Made by a program: the position numbers and the translations under genes
The notes under the pieces: generated by a model
Seen by the model: only the letters and a program-made list of their open reading frames with translations
Database searches by the model: none
What the model was told of the DNA's origin: nothing
Assembly: GCA_039586795.1 (NCBI GenBank)
Contig: JBDHJS010000012.1
Coordinates: 1-64,000, forward strand
Origin: Gemmatimonadota bacterium
GTDB lineage: Bacteria; Gemmatimonadota; Gemmatimonadetes; Palauibacterales; KS3-K002
Direction: 5' to 3'
Length of the DNA: 64,000 bases
Part shown: positions 56,650 to 64,000 of the stretch, in pieces
How positions within the stretch are numbered: position 1 is the stretch's first letter
Layout: every line of letters begins with the position of its first letter

Positions 56650-56662
56650 TCTGGCCTATCGA

Positions 56663-58810
56663 TCACCGGGTGTTGACGCGGTCTTGGAAGGCCACAGCCA
56701 TCGTCGGCGCGAGCTTCCCGGAATCGCTGGCGCTAGAGTCGCGCCTGGCGTCGATATCCTCAAACTTCGCCGGATGAGAGTCCCACCACATCCGAGCCTC
56801 TGTAACGCCCCAGTTGCCAGCGTCGGAGCAGGCGGCCAAAGCATCGGCCAGCGCCTGCGCCGTCGCCGGGCGCTTCCCTCTATCCTTCTCGAGGCACGTC
56901 AGGACCAGTTGCTCCAGGTCTCCCGATACCGCGCGGTCTATGCGACTCGAGGGGGTGTCCGGCACGCTGGTGAGGTGGTGGCTAAAGACTTCGAGCGGAG
57001 TGTCTCCGTCAAAAACGTGGCTTCCGGTGAGTAGATAGTAGCCGACGGCGCCAAGACAGTAGAGATCGCTTCGCGCATCCGCGTCATCCGGTGTCTTTAT
57101 CGATTCGGGTGCAACGTAGAGCGGAGTACCCGTCACCGAGCCGACAGCCGTTATCGACAGGTCGGAGCCCTCGCCGACTTCCTTGACGAGGCCGAAATCC
57201 AGAACCTTGACTACATCGAAGACGCCGCCGCGTTCGCACAACATGATGTTCGACGGCTTGACGTCTCGATGAATGATACCGGCATCGTGAGCCTCGGCGA
57301 GCGATGCACACGCTTGCCCGAGTATGTGGATGACACGCGCCTCGGGCTGCGGGCCGTGCTGCAGGACCAGGCGGTCGAGCGTGTAGCCGGGGAGATATTC
57401 CATCGCGTAGTAGAAGATCCCGTCCGGCGTTCTCCCGAAATCGTAGATCTCGATCGTGTTGGGGTGGGTTAGCTCGCTGGTCGCCTGGACCTCGCGCTCG
57501 AATCGAGCGACCGCCTCCTCGCTCGAGGCCTCTTCGGGCAACAGTTTGACCGCGGTCGGTCGACGAAGCATGGCGTGACTGGCGCGGTAGACCGATCCCA
57601 TCCCGCCCTGACCGATCTTCTTCTGTAGCGTGTATTGGCCGAGTCGCTCGGCGCGGTCGGCCGTCTTCCGCAGATTCCGAATGATGAAGTACGAGGTGAG
57701 GATTCCGAAAGCGCTGATCGCGAGAGCGGAGATCAGGATGAGGAACGCGCGCTTCAGTGCGTTCAGCGTCGCGTACGCTTCTTCGGCGTCGACTTCTGTG
57801 GCCACGCCGAATCCATATTCGGGTAGCCAGGTCCACGCTCCAACGACTGGTACGCCGCGGTAGTCGTTGTATCCGTCGACGTCGACGCCGGATTCCCCTT
57901 GCACGGCGGACGCTGCCATTCTCGTTAACGGTTGCGCACCCCGGAATGTCGTCGGGTGATGGCCCCGCACCATGTTTCCGCCAGGGTCGCGAATATGCAC
58001 GCGAAGTATCGACTTGGAGTTGGGATCGTCAGCGATCAACCCGATGGCCCGGAGTTCATCGTCGAAGCGGCTTTCTGATATCAGGAGTCCGTCGGAGTTG
58101 AACGCGTAAGTTTCTCCGCTCTCTCCGTAGCGTGCCGTGCGCAGGATCTCCGTGAACTGCTCTTCTGGGTCGATTCTGAACGCCAGCCCGGCGATGATGT
58201 TGCCCTCTTCATCGCGCACCGGCGCTCCAACCACCATCGTCGATGCGCCCGGCTGCACCACTCCGTCCCGGTCTCTTAGCGGCACTTCAGAGATGTACGG
58301 TTGAGAAATCCCGGCCACGCCAGAGTTGAACCACGTGTTGAATAGTGACAGCAGGTTGGTAACATGTAGCCCGACGGCATCATCGTAGCGAGCGGCGACG
58401 ACCGTTCCTGTCAGATCGATCACTCCATAACCGATGTAACGATTGGCCTGTACCAGCGGATCGATGTGCTCCCGTAACGCTTCCAGTGCAGGCGCCGAGA
58501 CCAGCGCGTCGGTAGAGACGGGGCGGCGCTGGGCTTCGGCGACCAGCGCGGATACGTACTCGCGAACGTGTCCCTCCTCGACAGCTACGCTGGCCACGTT
58601 GATCTGTGATTCGAGGAAGACCCTGAGCGCCGTGACGTCTGCGTCCAGTATGGTCTGCAGGTCCTCAGCAATAGCCGTCTTCAGCGAGTCATTGAGAGTC
58701 TTGTAGGCCCACCAGCCGATGGCGCCCTGCAAGGGGATCGCCAGGGCGAGTATGGTCGCGATGACGACCGGTCGCGACCAGGCGGTCCTGCTCTTGTGTC
58801 TTCGACTCAT
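56663..58810 (-). CDS. Ser/Thr kinase with an extracytoplasmic Cache-like sensor
   Basis: TM, a periplasmic domain (GESGETYAF, SESRF, YNDYRGVPVVGAW), a second TM, then IGQGGMGSVY, HRDVKPSN, DFG, GTPLYVAPE. Confidence 0.93.
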   Translation of the reverse strand: MSRRHKSRTAWSRPVVIATILALAIPLQGAIGWWAYKTLNDSLKTAIAEDLQTILDADVTALRVFLESQINVASVAVEEGHVREYVSALVAEAQRRPVSTDALVSAPALEALREHIDPLVQANRYIGYGVIDLTGTVVAARYDDAVGLHVTNLLSLFNTWFNSGVAGISQPYISEVPLRDRDGVVQPGASTMVVGAPVRDEEGNIIAGLAFRIDPEEQFTEILRTARYGESGETYAFNSDGLLISESRFDDELRAIGLIADDPNSKSILRVHIRDPGGNMVRGHHPTTFRGAQPLTRMAASAVQGESGVDVDGYNDYRGVPVVGAWTWLPEYGFGVATEVDAEEAYATLNALKRAFLILISALAISAFGILTSYFIIRNLRKTADRAERLGQYTLQKKIGQGGMGSVYRASHAMLRRPTAVKLLPEEASSEEAVARFEREVQATSELTHPNTIEIYDFGRTPDGIFYYAMEYLPGYTLDRLVLQHGPQPEARVIHILGQACASLAEAHDAGIIHRDVKPSNIMLCERGGVFDVVKVLDFGLVKEVGEGSDLSITAVGSVTGTPLYVAPESIKTPDDADARSDLYCLGAVGYYLLTGSHVFDGDTPLEVFSHHLTSVPDTPSSRIDRAVSGDLEQLVLTCLEKDRGKRPATAQALADALAACSDAGNWGVTEARMWWDSHPAKFEDIDARRDSSASDSGKLAPTMAVAFQDRVNTR

Positions 58811-59038
58811 GTAGCGCCTCGAGATGGAGAGTGCCGGAAAAGAGAAGCTATCACGAGGCGTGAGTGATCATCAAGCGTGGGACGGAATGCGGCGCCGTAA
58901 ACAGATGTTTGAACGGCGCTCGCTTCGCCCGACCACTCGCCCCATTATTGCTCATTCTCGTACAGACATTCTCGACGACGCCGCACCCCGCACCCCGCTC
59001 TCGCGGCGCGCCGAAGCCAACTCGTCCCGGGAGGAACC

Positions 59039-59587
59039 ATGTCACTCGTATCCCTCTGGCTGCCGACTCTCGTCTCGGCGGTGATCGTTTTCTTCGCCGC
59101 TTTCGTGGCCTGGACCATTCTGCCTCACCATCGCTCCGATTGGGTCTCTATCCCGAATGAGGAGTCGCTGCTGAGCGCCATCCGCAGCCTGGGGTTGGGC
59201 CGCGGCCAGTACGTCTTCCCCCACGCGATGACGCCCGAAGGCCAGAAGGCGGAAGGCGCGAAAGAGAAGATCGAGGAAGGCCCGGTGGGCTCGTTGATCA
59301 TTCGGCCGGCGCCCAACATGGGACGAAGTCTCATGCAGTACTTCGTATTCTGCCTCGGCGTGTCTCTCATGGTCGGCTACGTCGGGTATGTGGCGATCGA
59401 ACCCGGCGCCGAATACCTGCACGTCTTCAGGTTGCTGGGTACGGTCGCGTTCCTGGCGTACAGCGCGGCCGCGATACCGGCGGGGATCTGGTTCGGCCAC
59501 ACGTGGAGCAGCGTCTGGAAGAGCGTGATCGACGGCCTCGTGTTTGGGCTGCTTACCGGCGGCGTATTCGGTTGGCTCTGGCCGTAG
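59039..59587 (+). CDS. Conserved hypothetical membrane protein
   Basis: About 4 TM; LPHHRSD; GQYVFP; DGLVFGLLTGGVFGWLWP; GGAGG RBS. Confidence 0.8.
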   Translation: MSLVSLWLPTLVSAVIVFFAAFVAWTILPHHRSDWVSIPNEESLLSAIRSLGLGRGQYVFPHAMTPEGQKAEGAKEKIEEGPVGSLIIRPAPNMGRSLMQYFVFCLGVSLMVGYVGYVAIEPGAEYLHVFRLLGTVAFLAYSAAAIPAGIWFGHTWSSVWKSVIDGLVFGLLTGGVFGWLWP

Positions 59588-59682
59588 CGCTGGGCGCAAC
59601 ACCGCTGGCGGAGCGCCTGGTGGGCGCGTACGATTAGCCCGCTCCAGTCAGCACAATGCCATTACTCTACGGAGGGACTGTT

Positions 59683-62823
<3,141 letters not shown>

Positions 62824-62832
62824 GACGACGCC

Positions 62833-62909
62833 GTAGGGGGTAGGGTGTGGGGGGTAGAGCGTGGACGATTAGTCGCCCTACCCCCCACCCTCAACCCTCT
62901 ACGCCCTAC
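62833..62909. repeat. Inverted heptamer arrays (GTAGGGG-like) able to form a hairpin
   Basis: gtagggg gtagggt gtggggg gtagagc gtggacg ... gccctac cccccac cctcaac cctctac gccctac, just after the stop at 62823. Confidence 0.7.
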
Positions 62910-63069
62910 CTCTCTCCCGCCCTTGCCCCATCCCCCGCCTCGACCTAAAGTCCGCCGTGCGCCGGCACTCCCAACGCCCGCCAGAACTGATAGATTTGCA
63001 TGCAGCCAGGGCCCGTCGGTACGAGTGAAGGCGCCGGTCAGGCGTTCCTAGCAAAGTCGATCTGAGCAA

Positions 63070-64000
63070 TTGGAAAACGACCCCAACCAGACCCCACCCC
63101 CGGAGCTACGCAAAGACGCGGGCGATGAGCTCGAGGAGTTGCTCCGCAAAGAGCTAGCGCCCGAGCTACACGTCGTCAGACGTCTGGGCCTGGGCTCTAT
63201 GGGAAGCGTGTATCTGGCGCGCGAGGAGGCGCTCAAGCGACTGGTCGCGGTGAAGGTTCTATCGCCGCGTCTCGCCCGGGACGAGCAGGCACGGGCTCGC
63301 TTCGAGCGAGAAGGACAGTCGTCCGCAGCCCTATCCCACCCGAACATTGTGGCCGTCTACCGCGTTGGCCGACTCTCGAACGACCTCCCGTACATGGTCA
63401 TGCAGTACGTGAAGGGGACGACTTTGGGCAACCGCTTGCAGGCGCAGGGCCCGCTCGGCGTCGAGGATGCCCGGCGCGTCATCTCGGAGGTCGCGTCGGC
63501 GCTGGCAGCGGCACACAAGCGTGGGATCGTGCACCGTGATATTCGGCCGGACAACGTCTTGTACGAAGAGGACTCGGACCGGGCGTTGCTGACGGACTTC
63601 GGTATCGCGGCGATCCTCGCGCGTGGGGATAGCGGTTCACCTACCAGAATCACCAGGACCGGCGAACTGGTGGGTAACCCGAACTACATGAGCCCCGAGC
63701 AGTTGATGGGCAGCGAAATCACCGAGCGGAGCGATATCTACGCGCTCGGTCTACTCGGGTTCGAGCTGTTGACCGGCCGCAGTCCATACGATGCGAGCTC
63801 GAAGCGGGAAATGTTCACGGCCCACGTCCACCAGGAGCCGCGCAAAGTGTCCGAGCTTCGCGATGGAGTGGACATCGAGATAGAGAAGATACTGGACGCC
63901 TGCCTCAACAAGGAACCGGAGAACCGGCCCAGTGCTTCCGACGTGTATAAACGCCTGGCCGGCCTGAGCTCCAGCGATATGACGCCGGTTCCGGCGCTCG
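63070..64000 (+). CDS. Ser/Thr kinase with an N-terminal kinase domain; runs off the window and is absent from the ORF track
   Basis: My translation of frame 1: LGLGSMGSVYLA, VAVKVL, RFERE, HPNIV, HRDIRPDN, LTDFGIA, GNPNYMSPEQ, SDIYALG; no stop before 64000; TTG start uncertain. Confidence 0.9.
   Translation, partial: MENDPNQTPPPELRKDAGDELEELLRKELAPELHVVRRLGLGSMGSVYLAREEALKRLVAVKVLSPRLARDEQARARFEREGQSSAALSHPNIVAVYRVGRLSNDLPYMVMQYVKGTTLGNRLQAQGPLGVEDARRVISEVASALAAAHKRGIVHRDIRPDNVLYEEDSDRALLTDFGIAAILARGDSGSPTRITRTGELVGNPNYMSPEQLMGSEITERSDIYALGLLGFELLTGRSPYDASSKREMFTAHVHQEPRKVSELRDGVDIEIEKILDACLNKEPENRPSASDVYKRLAGLSSSDMTPVPAL

Overview
High-GC bacterial genomic window. Gene content and style suggest a Gemmatimonadota-like environmental genome; that assignment is inference. 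It holds about 47 protein-coding genes. I recognised no rRNA, tRNA, CRISPR array or transposase. Main blocks: (1) secreted Asp-box/VPS10-like propeller proteins and an M14 carboxypeptidase, separated by a heptamer-based repeat family; (2) a Cys-rich MarR with arsM, a TonB receptor and a PQQ sugar dehydrogenase; (3) a MacA/MacB-type exporter behind an ECF-type promoter; (4) a DUF4153 operon; (5) stand-alone dnaE2, preceded by a candidate ~95-nt structured sRNA and a repeated TTCGG-N6-TTCGG box; (6) a ~12 kb respiratory cluster with about 52 c-haem motifs. In it a sigma54-type octahaem/NrfC/NrfD operon converges on an operon with two Rieske/cytochrome b/nonahaem modules, and one module has lost its Fe-S ligands, Tat signal and PEWY Qo motif together; (7) luxE/luxC-like genes without luxAB; (8) a translationally coupled NTT(ATP/ADP carrier)-HEAT + Omp85 + kinase-fold lipoprotein operon beside sensor Ser/Thr kinases and htrA. 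The best candidates for undescribed systems are the asymmetric cytochrome bc complex, the NTT/Omp85/extracytoplasmic kinase operon and the sRNA/operator in front of dnaE2. All product calls come from recognising motifs by eye, without database searches.
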